Source of the DNA: Perkinsela sp. CCAP 1560/9
Taxonomy: Eukaryota > Protista > Euglenozoa: Kinetoplastea
Reading direction: 5' to 3'
NCBI GenBank assembly: GCA_965644495.1
Contig: CBFFSA010000001.1
Coordinates: 1,426,001-1,490,000, forward strand
DNA: 64,000 nucleotides
The position numbers and the translations under genes are program-made. The notes below the pieces were generated by a model. The model ran no database searches. It worked only from the letters and a program-made list of their open reading frames with translations, and was not told where the DNA came from. Positions 47,657 through 60,244 of this stretch are shown here, one piece after another (the stretch's first letter is position 1; every line of letters begins with the position of its first letter).

Positions 47657-48337
47657 ATCTTTAACGATAAAGATACAGTTTCTGTACCTTGTTGAATTAT
47701 TTCCCCTTTTCTTCCATACACCATCTTCCAGACCATGGGAGGGCACCCCCCTCAAATACACTCCTTTTTGTCGGCATCCCCCTTCCCCGTCTCGTCCCAT
47801 CACCCCCCTGCGCCGCATCCCCCCACCTCACCCTCCCTCCGCAGTGCGCTTGCCCCCCTGTTGTGTTTCTCTCTCGCGTCCCCCACCCCCGTGTCAGCAG
47901 CCAAAAGTATACAATACTTGCTCACGGGGTGGGGGCAGAGTTCCTGGCAGATGGGCCCGTGCTTCGCCTCCTCTCGCCCCTGCGTCAGTCGCCCCGTGTC
48001 TCTCTCCGCGCTCTTCTCCCTCGGCGTGACGACGTCTTTGTGTTTCGTGGCCTCCACGTCTCCCACCCTCGTACGGCAACCAAAAGTATTTATTACTGCT
48101 AACGGGGTGGGAGCGGAGGTGCAGGACCATACGGGCCTGGGTGCATGCGGATCGGTGAGTGGGGTAGGGAGTGAGGGAAGGGAAGTACGAGAGGGCTAAG
48201 AGGAGTAGGTGTGGAAAGTATGGGGAGTAAGGGAAAGTGAAGGGCCGTAAGTGTGGAAATTGTGGAAAAGTTGGACTCCATACATAAAAAGTTAGACTCA
48301 ATACTATTCCCCCCAATTATTTGCAAAAAAAAAAAAA
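47657..48337 (+). mobile_element. Satellite S1, full length, preceded by an SL stutter at 47634-47656
   Basis: SL at 47657-47694; hairpins at 47880-47935 and 48060-48113; poly(A). Confidence 0.9.
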
Positions 48338-48385
48338 TCTAAAGGAACGAATCTTATTATTTTCATTAATAGATCTTGTGAAGGT

Positions 48386-48810
48386 AATCGAATTATTGAT
48401 TGAGCGCCGGTCAATTTCGAGTTCCTTCTGTTCTTCTTCGGTCAGATTGTCCACTGCTTCGGGTTTCGCGTTCTTTGGTAAGTGTGGTACACTTTCGCGT
48501 CGACGTATAGCTTTCCGGACTGTGAGTAGCGAATCGCGGGGCGCGTTCAGAAATTTATGCCAGACTGCTTCCTTCTCCGATGTCAGTTCTAGTCTTGGAT
48601 AGTCTTTGATGATGGAACGAAAAATGGTAACTACGTGCACAGAGAAAGCCGAGTCAATTTGTGCGAAAGGCGGTAGCGGTTCTAAATCAACTCCGTGGTC
48701 AACTTCTTCAGCATCACCTGCTGCACTCTCCATGGTTTGAGGTTCGTACCTAGGGACTCGGTGGAGTTTCGTGGCGTCAATGCTGAGGATCCTGATCAAT
48801 GATGCTTGGA
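48386..48810 (-). mobile_element. Family A pre-RT fragment
   Basis: DLEPLPPFAQIDSAFSVHVV..LNAPRDSL, homologous to 6490-6790. Confidence 0.85.
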
Positions 48811-48817
48811 TCCTGAT

Positions 48818-50230
48818 CCTTGTTGTTGTTGTTGTTTTTTTTTTTTTAGTCTTACTGATGGGAATGTTCACCCGCAGCCGGGCGAAAGAAACGGGATTAG
48901 CTCCCGTTGTCCAACCGCTACCGCCCACACGCCGAAAGAAAAAGCCGGAGGAACAACCATCGGAAACCCGTGCCCCCCCACCACCGTCGTCGCCGCCGCC
49001 GCCACAACAACAACAGCCACCCCATTCAGCACCACGAAAGACACCCTCACAACGAACTTCTCCTCCGCCGCTGCCGCGATTGCCTTCTCTGCTGCGCACG
49101 CCGTCCGACACATCGCCGCGGGCGCAGATAACAACTCCGCCACTGCCTCGCCCACTCTCCCCCAATTTAGCTCACGAGGCATACGCGGCGGTAAATTCGT
49201 CACGATCGTCCTCAGTTCCTCGGCCGCACGAGCCGATCCACACAGCGACGCGGGCTCAGCCGTCCCGTCCACCATTGCCGCGTCCACTCTCTCCCCCTCC
49301 CGCCCACAATTCTATCGCGCCAGCGAATCCGCATCCATCGCCCGAAAGCCAAAAAAGTAGCAGTCTGAAAATTAAAATCACATCAACTCGAGATCTAATC
49401 ATACCACCGGTTACAAACCCTGCTTCTCACGCATTGGGATTGCACATCCGAGCCTCCCCTCCAATTTACAGTGTCCAGGGTGCCATGCATTACTTACCCC
49501 CCGTACAGCGCTCACGCACGTGTCCGGGTGCGTCAAATGTTCAGGCAATAACGCAACGGCAAAGCACAACAGGATGGTTCGGAATATTTATGAATTATGC
49601 ATAAAATCAGGTCTGCCCTGTGAGCTGGAACCCAGACAGTTCTCCACCTATACTTGCGCAAAATGTGGAGCAAGCGTGGATGGCGACGGCAAATCCCATC
49701 ACCTAAGAACCTGCGGATCCGGATCTTTTTATCATTCGGGCCCAGATATCGTGATTCATTGGGCAAGCGGAGATGTATACTACGATTTCACCATCGTCCA
49801 CGAGCTATCGCAATCAAATGTTGGACGTAGCACCGCTCAGCTTTTCCGTGATGCCATAAAACGCAAAGTCTCCAAATACGTGGCGTCTAAGCTTATTCCT
49901 AATGAGCAATTCCAATGTGTACCAATGCTCTCCGGCGGTGCAATGCACAGCAACACCAAAGAGCTTATCACAACCCTGGCTGATGCATGTGGACTCGAAC
50001 GGGACTTCGTAGTACAGGATTTCACCCTTCGACTACAGGAACTTAACGGTTCAGTGGTGATGTCCCAACTCCGCAAATACATAGCCACAACTCAAGTGGA
50101 CAATACGGCTTTTTAGGCACGTGCGAGTTTTTCGGTAGGCGTTGACTATTGATATAAGAGTTGAAGTTTAGACGACTGAAAGTCTATGAAAAGAAACTGA
50201 GATGAATGTTCACAGACAGTGACACTAAAC
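48818..50230 (+). mobile_element. Family A 5' end (SL remnant CCTTGTTG, ATG 48858) joined to a Zn finger-RLE 3' end (stop at 50116)
   Basis: MGMFTRSRAKETG; KHN and SGPDIVIHW..YDFTIVH; no RT between them. Confidence 0.82.
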
Positions 50231-51445
50231 AAAATTTTATAAAGAACACACTTTTTATAAAGAACACACTTTTTATAAAGGACCAGAACCAATCCAAGGC
50301 AAAACGATTCATGTTGCAATATGTTGCATGTCCCGCTATAACCGAAGTGACGGTTTGTAAAAAAAAAACTTCTCACTAAAGGAATTCAACTCAATAACGA
50401 AAAATGTATCTGGTTTGAAGGGAAAAGCGACGCCCCCATTCCATCAACACTCAAAGAAGAAGGTGTGCGTACAGAGAGCGAAGTCATTAAAGTACTGGGT
50501 GCATTCGTTGGGGAGGAACAGCGCATAGGATCCGAATTAATCCGAACGCTGGAAAAACACCATACGATATTCAGACGTCTTAAAAAGATGGGTGCCAACA
50601 ACGCGTCCCTGCTTTTGCTAGGTTTGTGTATTTGTAAGTTATGATTTTATCTTTGTAAACTTATGAGGCAATAGTTTTAAGAATCCTTCCGCTTTTTGAT
50701 AACGTTTCGGATTTGTTTTTGTCTTACGGATCAAAGTAGCAGCCACGAGCATGATGCAGACCGAAACGAGCTTTTTTTTTACAAAAAAAAATTGCGTTTT
50801 CATTCATCGAACAGGATGTCCTGTTCGATGAATGATTCATCGAACGGGTCGTACTGCAATCCATTCATCGAACAGGATGTCCTGTTCGATGAATATTCAT
50901 CGAACGGACAGTGCGTTCGATGAATATTCATCGAGTGCCCCCCCTCCCCTAACGGGCAACGACGCAGAAGACTGAAGGCAGAAGAAACGGCTCGCCGAAA
51001 GGCAGAAGAAACGAAGAAGGCAGAGGACTGCGCTACTAGACCGCACGAGCAATTACACCACACCGTTTGCACCACACAAATCAATGCACCAACGCCACTA
51101 GACGCACCCGAAGAATTTCTGAACGATGAACCTAAATATCATTTCGCTCTAAAGATTGTGCAACGACGCATCAACGTCGTGTACATAACCTTCCCATATG
51201 TTGTAGCCCAAAACTAATAATTCAACCTGCCTTAAGTTACAGTATTTATTGGGGGGTGTATAAACGAGGGGTGCATAAACAGGGGATGGGGGAATATGCT
51301 TGGGAAAGGACGTGCAATACCCCCATCCACAAAAATTAGAACTTCAGTTATAGTATCCTAAATTTCATATCGTAAACTCATATTTCGCATTTCTGAAACA
51401 CCAACAAAAAAGATTATCACGCAAACTTGTGTCCTATCGTCCTTT

Positions 51446-53825
51446 TCAAGCTTTCATAGAACCGAGCCATGAAGCTCGCGGTAGGAGGTCACGGAGCTGT
51501 GAGACAATTGTATAAGCGTTGAGTTTTTCAATCTCAAGCTGAAATGCCTCACGAACTTCAGGAACGTTAAGGTTCGCTCTCTTAGCGAGGGAGGCTATGA
51601 GATTCCGTGTGTGTTCGTGCAAAGAACCACTTTCGGTCATTGCAATGCACTTAAAGTAATCTTCTTCGATCCCGCCGGATTCAAAGTACTTTTTCCTTTT
51701 CCTCTCAATCGCATTTTGCAACAGCTGTGTTTCAGTCATCTTCCGATAGCTTAAGCTTCCGGTGTGAACTACGGTGATGTCATACAGTACTTCGCCCATG
51801 TGTGGCCACATAATACCGAGGTCGGGGCCAGAGCGTATTCTTCGGGCACGGCAAGGGTGCTTCTCAATCGATTCTGGAGAAATGTGCGCTTTGCATTTTG
51901 TGCAGTAAAAGGAAGCATGCATGCGCGGTTCAATCACAGAGGGGAGGCCCGCTTTAGAGCACAGATCTGCTAGGAACCGTACAAGAGATGAATGCTTTCT
52001 TGTTGCGTTCATTCCTGCGCATTTTGTGCATCCGATTATATGTTGGAAGATTTCGTCCGATCTCATCTCAGCAGCACAACCCGGGCACTCGGCTCTTTCC
52101 GGCATCGAAGGAAGCTTGATTCCCAACCTGGTCATAATGGTATATCGGAAAAGGTAGGGATTCACATATCCGCTAGTGGATTGTAGGTGGCGAAATGACG
52201 TCGTGGTTCGCTTCAGAATGGAGTCCAATCGTGGGTCTTTGCGTAGGTCTGTTGCTAGATCTTTTTGTTCTTTTTTTATGGCTTTGGATGCATGTACTCG
52301 AGCTGTTTGCTGCATGGGTTTCGTGTCTCTGTTTTGATCTTTCGACATGCGAATACCTACCGGAGCTTTAGGGGTAATTAGTTGCTCATCAATAGATTTT
52401 CGTGCGGTGTCAAAATAGTATCGCTGCTTCAGAGTAGAAGGAGTTAGCCCAAGGCCACCCAAGTGTTGCGGTAGTGACGCTAGTTGAATGGAAGTGTCAT
52501 CTGCGAAGAACCAATATTTTACAATATGAGCAATTTCTGTGTCAAATCTTTGTGCCATATCCAGGGATTCTGCCGGTCGGTGAACTCGAAGGTGATAATC
52601 GTTTCGCGGGAGTGCACATCGTTGCAGCATGGCGAGGGAGATGTTGCTAGGACCCATTTTTCGTAGCCTGCGGAATAAACATTGATGTTTCTCAAGTTTT
52701 CGGACGAGAAGAGCACTTATCTCTGCACGTTGCCCAATGTAGGCGCCGAGAATTTTGATAGTTTTGTCACACTTGGATACCCCTAAAGAACTGAGAGCCA
52801 ATGATTGTTCGTTGTTTTGCTTAGTAGCTTCGTGATCAAACCATTCTGATTTCGAGAAGTTGATATTGAGGCCAATGTCGGATGATAATTCACGCAGCTG
52901 CAGGAAGGCTGCTTCTAGGGAAAGACGGTTTTTCGACGACATCGTCACATCATCCATATAGGCGCGGATTTTAACCTCGGGGAATAACTCGGCGAGTTCC
53001 ACCAACGCTCCTTGTAGTAGTGCACAAAAGTAAAGAGAGGAAAGCGCAGAGCCTTGCCGTACCCCGGACGTGCTCTTTATCGTAGTGTGGAGGCGGTTGT
53101 TCGCAAAGAAAAGCAAGTCCGAGGGGTCGCCGTATTCGCAGTAGAACATCCGCATGAATGGTTTGAAAGCGCTGTTTTGCTGCAGTGCCCGTGCAATGGC
53201 CGCTCTTTGTGGAGTGTTATACGCGTTCGAGTAGTCTACTGTCAGGATAGTGTGTCCGGAATCGCGGTCCTTGAGGAGTTCGTGAACAATGCTTTCGCAC
53301 GCGTTTTTCTGTAGGACTCCACGTTGGATGGGATAGAAGAAGCCTTTTAGAGATGCCTCTTGGCGTTGCAACAGAATGGAACCGCATATTTTTAGCACTG
53401 TATCACCCATCGCGATTGGTCGTATGCCGTTTTGTGGTTTCGCAAGGGCAATAATTCTACATCGAGTTAATCTGTTGCGTACCGATGCGCATACATCACC
53501 ATTGATGACGTCCCTGAGCATGTGACATAGCGCGGTACAGGATTCGTTGTCGTCGGCTAATAGGCGGAGGATATTCTCACCGAGGCCTGTCGGCCCCGGG
53601 GCCGCTCCATGGGCAAGCTTGGTTATAGCCATCCGGACTTCTTCCAACTCAACCACACCGGCTGGCGGATATTCCGAAGTAGGTGCAGGGGGCGGGTCGC
53701 CAGGAGGGTGTAATTCTTTCAGCCGTCGTACCTTGTCGTCCAAACTTAGTGAGGAGTCGAGATAGACGTTGTCCAGAACCCTGGTTGCTTTGCCAAGATT
53801 CCCTGCGCGAGCTGCCTTTAGAGCG
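51446..53825 (-). mobile_element. Family A RT-RLE ORF, tandem copy
   Basis: Near-identical to 43581-45960. Confidence 0.92.
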
Positions 53826-55519
53826 TTCCGGATTTAGAGCGTTCCCGGATGCGTCCAATGTACAGGGCTTAATGCCACAGTGAAGCACAATCGGCTGGTT
53901 AAGTATATCTTCGATTTGGCGCAAAAGGCCGGTATACAATGTGAGAAAGAACCGCGATCTTTTTCGACTTGGCAATGCGGAATTTGCAAGAATAAAGTGT
54001 TTCCAAGCAACAAAATGATTCATGACAAAACATGTGCCGGACGTCAGCTGTTTCGCTCAGGGCCTGATTTGGTGATATATATAAACGTCGTATGCCCGGG
54101 ATGCTGTGGTCCAGAAACATCTTCTAGTATTATTCCACATATCGCAGGATGCTCGAGATGCTCAGGTATGAACTGCACTCGTAAACACTCTCACATCGTG
54201 CGCTATCTAGCTGACTTGTGCGCGAAGGCAGGACTTCCGTGTGTTATCGAACCGCGAATTCACTCCTCATTTTATTGTACAAAGTGTAAATGCTCTATTT
54301 CTGCGGAGGTTTCTGACCAACATCCATGTAAGGCGCGCAGGATTCGATCTGGCCCCGACCTCGCTATCATGTGGCCCCATATGGGAGAAGTCCTCTATGA
54401 TTTCACAGTGGTTCACACTTGCTGCAACAGTTACAAGAAACAAACAAGCAACTACCTACTGCAGCAAGCCCAGGAAAGGAAGTTCAAGAAATATGTGACA
54501 GAGAAAGGTGTGGACAGTGAGGCATTTCGTTGCATCGCCGCCTCAGATTGTGGTGTGTTGCACAACGACACAAAACAACTATTAAAGGCGTTGGCTCAGC
54601 GCGCGAATCGAAAATATGAAAACGTGCGTGAGGCTTTTCAGCTGGAACTTGAAAAGCTATCGGCTTACACGGTAGTGTCTCAACTCCGAGATTACATCAC
54701 CGATGAAAAGTGGATTGGGAGTTTACGACTCTAAAAGAGTTCACTACCACACGTATATCTCCGTACAAATAAGTATTGATTAGTTGCCTTCGAATATATT
54801 AGGTCCTTTCGAATATATTAGATACTGCTACTTCTGCATTGATTCTTCATCACGTTTGACAACAATTGGCGCGTATACAATAATTGATCCGGGAACTGTT
54901 CTTTTTTACTTTGAGGCTTTGCTGGTTTCGAGGGGACAAGTGTCATCAAAAAATGATATATTGGTCAACCGGGGAAATATTTTATGATCTAACTGTGGTG
55001 CACGAGCTATCGAACTCCAATCAAGCGAAATCTTGTTCCCAGCTTCTTACAGATGCAATCAAGCGGAAACGGGATACATATGTGACATCCGGAAAAATTC
55101 CCGACTTCGCATTTCAGTGCATCCCAGTGCTGTCCTGCGGCTCTCTTCATCAAAATACGAGATCTCTGTTGCATGTCCTATCCGACGCGGCACTCTTAAA
55201 TCGTCGAGCAACCGAAATGGAGTTCAAGCTCCTACTTCAGGAACTGAATGGGACGGAAGTGTACGCCCAGTTGCGGAACCACTTATCCCCGCAAGGCAGC
55301 AGCAGGTACAGCATTTGAGCCAAATGTATCAACATAGTTTCGTTTCTCAATGCCTATTAATGTATTATTATATACATAATATCTATAGCGAATTCCCACT
55401 CAAAAATATATAAAAAGAATAAAAATTGCAAAGGAAGGCAATATTATCACTGCTTGCACTGATTCTTGAGGAGTTTCGTAAAAAAAAAAAAAAAAATCTA
55501 AACTTTAACGATAAGATAC

Positions 55520-56200
55520 ATCTTTAACGATAAAGATACAGTTTCTGTACCTTGTTGAATTATTTCCCCTTTTCTTCCATACACCATCTTCCAGACCATG
55601 GGAGGGCACCCCCCTCAAATACACTCCTTTTTGTCGGCATCCCCCTTCCCCGTCTCGTCCCATCACCCCCCTGCGCCGCATCCCCCCACCTCACCCTCCC
55701 TCCGCAGTGCGCTTGCCCCCCTGTTGTGTTTCTCTCTCGCGTCCCCCACCCCCGTGTCAGCAGCCAAAAGTATACAATACTTGCTCACGGGGTGGGGGCA
55801 GAGTTCCTGGCAGATGGGCCCGTGCTTCGCCTCCTCTCGCCCCTGCGTCAGTCGCCCCGTGTCTCTCTCCGCGCTCTTCTCCCTCGGCGTGACGACGTCT
55901 TTGTGTTTCGTGGCCTCCACGTCTCCCACCCTCGTACGGCAACCAAAAGTATTTATTACTGCTAACGGGGTGGGAGCGGAGGTGCAGGACCATACGGGCC
56001 TGGGTGCATGCGGATCGGTGAGTGGGGTAGGGAGTGAGGGAAGGGAAGTACGAGAGGGCTAAGAGGAGTAGGTGTGGAAAGTATGGGGAGTAAGGGAAAG
56101 TGAAGGGCCGTAAGTGTGGAAATTGTGGAAAAGTTGGACTCCATACATAAAAAGTTAGACTCAATACTATTCCCCCCAATTATTTGCAAAAAAAAAAAAA
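55520..56200 (+). mobile_element. Satellite S1, tandem copy
   Basis: SL at 55520-55557; poly(A). Confidence 0.9.
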
Positions 56201-58460
56201 TCTAAAGGAACGAATCTTATTATTTTCATTAATAGATCTTGTGAAGGTAATCGAATTATTGATTGAGCGCCGGTCAATTTCGAGTTCCTTCTGTTCTTCT
56301 TCGGTCAGATTGTCCACTGCTTCGGGTTTCGCGTTCTTTGGTAAGTGTGGTACACTTTCGCGTCGACGTATAGCTTTCCGGACTGTGAGTAGCGAATCGC
56401 GGGGCGCGTTCAGAAATTTATGCCAGACTGCTTCCTTCTCCGATGTCAGTTCTAGTCTTGGATAGTCTTTGATGATGGAACGAAAAATGGTAACTACGTG
56501 CACAGAGAAAGCCGAGTCAATTTGTGCGAAAGGCGGTAGCGGTTCTAAATCAACTCCGTGGTCAACTTCTTCAGCATCACCTGCTGCACTCTCCATGGTT
56601 TGAGGTTCGTACCTAGGGACTCGGTGGAGTTTCGTGGCGTCAATGCTGAGGATCCTGATCAATGATGCTTGGATCCTGATCCTTGTTGTTGTTGTTGTTT
56701 TTTTTTTTTTAGTCTTACTGATGGGAATGTTCACCCGCAGCCGGGCGAAAGAAACGGGATTAGCTCCCGTTGTCCAACCGCTACCGCCCACACGCCGAAA
56801 GAAAAAGCCGGAGGAACAACCATCGGAAACCCGTGCCCCCCCACCACCGTCGTCGCCGCCGCCGCCACAACAACAACAGCCACCCCATTCAGCACCACGA
56901 AAGACACCCTCACAACGAACTTCTCTTCCGCCGCTGCCGCGATTGCCTTCTCTGCTGCGCACGCCGTCCGACACATCGCCGCGGGCGCAGATAACAACTC
57001 CGCCACTGCCTCGCCCACTCTCCCCCAATTTAGCTCACGAGGCATACGCGGCGGTAAATTCGTCACGATCGTCCTCAGTTCCTCGGCCGCACGAGCCGAT
57101 CCACACAGCGACGCGGGCTCAGCCGTCCCGTCCACCATTGCCGCGTCCACTCTCTCCCCCTCCCGCCCACAATTCTATCGCGCCAGCGAATCCGCATCCA
57201 TCGCCCGAAAGCCAAAAAAGTAGCAGTCTGAAAATTAAAATCACATCAACTCGAGATCTAATCATACCACCGGTTACAAACCCTGCTTCTCACGCATTGG
57301 GATTGCACATCCGAGCCTCCCCTCCAATTTACAGTGTCCAGGGTGCCATGCATTACTTACCCCCCGTACAGCGCTCACGCACGTGTCCGGGTGCGTCAAA
57401 TGTTCAGGCAATAACGCAACGGCAAAGCACAACAGGATGGTTCGGAATATTTATGAATTATGCATAAAATCAGGTCTGCCCTGTGAGCTGGAACCCAGAC
57501 AGTTCTCCACCTATACTTGCGCAAAATGTGGAGCAAGCGTGGATGGCGACGGCAAATCCCATCACCTAAGAACCTGCGGATCCGGATCTTTTTATCATTC
57601 GGGCCCAGATATCGTGATTCATTGGGCAAGCGGAGATGTATACTACGATTTCACCATCGTCCACGAGCTATCGCAATCAAATGTTGGACGTAGCACCGCT
57701 CAGCTTTTCCGTGATGCCATAAAACGCAAAGTCTCCAAATACGTGGCGTCTAAGCTTATTCCTAATGAGCAATTCCAATGTGTACCAATGCTCTCCGGCG
57801 GTGCAATGCACAGCAACACCAAAGCGCTTATCACAACCCTGGCTGATGCATGTGGACTCGAACGGGACTTCGTAGTACAGGATTTCACCCTTCGACTACA
57901 GGAACTTAACGGTTCAGTGGTGATGTCCCAACTCCGCAAATACATAGCCACAACTCAAGTGGACAATACGGCTTTTTAGGCACGTGCGAGTTTTTCGGTA
58001 GGCGTTGACTATTGATATAAGAGTTGAAGTTTAGACGACTGAAAGTCTATGAAAAGAAACTGAGATGAATGTTCACAGACAGTGACACTAAACAAAATTT
58101 TATAAAGAACACACTTTTTATAAAGAACACACTTTTTATAAAGAACACACTTTTTATAAAGGACCAGAACCAATCCAAGGCAAAACGATTCATGTTGCAA
58201 TATGTTGCATGTCCCGCTATAACCGAAGTGACGGTTTGTAAAAAAAAAACTTCTCACTAAAGGAATTCAACTCAATAACGAAAAATGCATCTGGTTTGAA
58301 GGGAAAAGCGACGCCCCCATTCCATCAACACTCAAAGAAGAAGGTGTGCGTACAGAGAGCGAAGTCATTAAAGTACTGGGTGCATTCGTTGGGGAGGAAC
58401 AGCGCATAGGATCCGAATTAATCCGAACGCTGGAAAAACACCATACGATATTCAGACGTC

Positions 58461-58494
<34 letters not shown>

Positions 58495-58838
58495 GCAAAT
58501 AATTGTGGGGAATAGTATTGAGTCTAACTTTCTCTGTGCACGTAGTTACCATTTTTCGTTCCATCATCAAAGACTATCCAAGACTAGAACTGACATCGGA
58601 GAAGGAAGCAGTCTGGCATAAATTTCTGAACGCGCCCCGCGATTCGCTACTCACAGTCCGGAAAGCTATACGTCGACGCGAAAGTGTACCACACTTACCA
58701 AAGAACGCGAAACCCGAAGCAGTGGACAATCTGACCGAAGAAGAACAGAAGGAACTCGAAATTGACCGGCGCTCAATCAATAATTCGATTACCTTCACAA
58801 GATCTATTAATGAAAATAATAAGATTCGTTCCTTTAGA

Positions 58839-59518
58839 TTTTTTTTTTTTGCAAATAATTGGGGGGAATAGTATTGAGTCTAACTTTTTATGTATGGAGT
58901 CCAACTTTTCCACAATTTCCACACTTACGGCCCTTCACTTTCCCTTACTCCCCATACTTTCCACACCTACTCCTCTTAGCCCTCTCGTACTTCCCTTCCC
59001 CCACTCCCTACCCCACTCACCGATCCGCATGCACCCAGGCCCGTATGGTCCTGCACCTCCGCTCCCACCCCGTTAGCAGTAATAAATACTTTTGGTTGCC
59101 GTACGAGGGTGGGAGACGTGGAGGCCACGAAACACAAAGACGTCGTCACGCCGAGGGAGAAGAGCGCGGAGAGAGACACGGGGGGACTGACGCAGGGGCG
59201 AGAGGAGGCGAAGCACGGGCCCATCTGCCAGGAACTCTGCCCCCACCCCGTGAGCAAGTATTGTATACTTTTGGCTGCTGACACGGGGGTGGGGGACGCG
59301 AGAGAGAAACACAACAGGGGGGCAAGCGCACTGCGGAGGGAGGGTGAGGTGGGGGGATGCGGCGCAGGGGGGTGATGGGACGAGACGGGGAAGGGGGATG
59401 CCGACAAAAAGGAGTGTATTTGAGGGGGGTGCCCTCCCATGGTCTGGAAGATGGTGTATGGAAGAAAAGGGGAAATAATTCAACAAGGTACAGAAACTGT
59501 ATCTTTATCGTTAAAGAT
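58839..59518 (-). mobile_element. Satellite S1 copy
   Basis: SL at 59481-59518. Confidence 0.9.
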
Positions 59519-60244
59519 GTATCTTATCGTTAAAGTTTAGATTTTTTTTTTTTTTTTTTTACGAAACTCCTCAAGAATCAGTGCAAGCAGTGATAATATT
59601 GCCTTCCTTTGCAATTTTTATTCTTTTTATATATTTTTGAGTGGGAATTCGCTATAGATATTATGTATATAATAATACATTAATAGGCATTGAGAAACGA
59701 AACTATGTTGATACATTTGGCTCAAATGCTGTACCTGCTGCTGCCTTGCGGGGATAAGTGGTTCCGCAACTGGGCGTACACTTCCGTCCCATTCAGTTCC
59801 TGAAGTAGGAGCTTGAACTCCATTTCGGTTGCTCGACGATTTAAGAGTGCCGCGTCGGATAGGACATGCAACAGAGATCTCGTATTTTGATGAAGAGAGC
59901 CGCAGGACAGCACTGGGATGCACTGAAATGCGAAGTCGGGAATTTTTCCGGATGTCACATATGTATCCCGTTTCCGCTTGATTGCATCTGTAAGAAGCTG
60001 GGAACAAGATTTCGCTTGATTGGAGTTCGATAGCTCGTGCACCACAGTTAGATCATAAAATATTTCCCCGGTTGACCAATATATCATTTTTTGATGACAC
60101 TTGTCCCCTCGAAACCAGCAAAGCCTCAAAGTAAAAAAGAACAGTTCCCGGATCAATTATTGTATACGCGCCAATTGTTGTCAAACGTGATGAAGAATCA
60201 ATGCAGAAGTAGCAGTATCTAATATATTCGAAAGGACCTAATAT

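Noticed and set aside
47880-47940. Single-hairpin H/ACA (AGA-box) snoRNA
   Set aside because: There is no two-sided pseudouridylation pocket, AGA follows only some copies, and homology to the family B ORF explains the motif better.
48184-48194. Sarcin-ricin-loop-like AGTACGAGAGG (rRNA fragment)
   Set aside because: It is only 11 nt in a purine-rich tract, has no flanking rRNA helix, and is absent from the S2 and B3 tails.
47689-48326. Short ORFs within satellite S1
   Set aside because: They overlap in all frames, have low complexity, and are broken by indels and an extra hairpin in S2, while the RNA stems are conserved.
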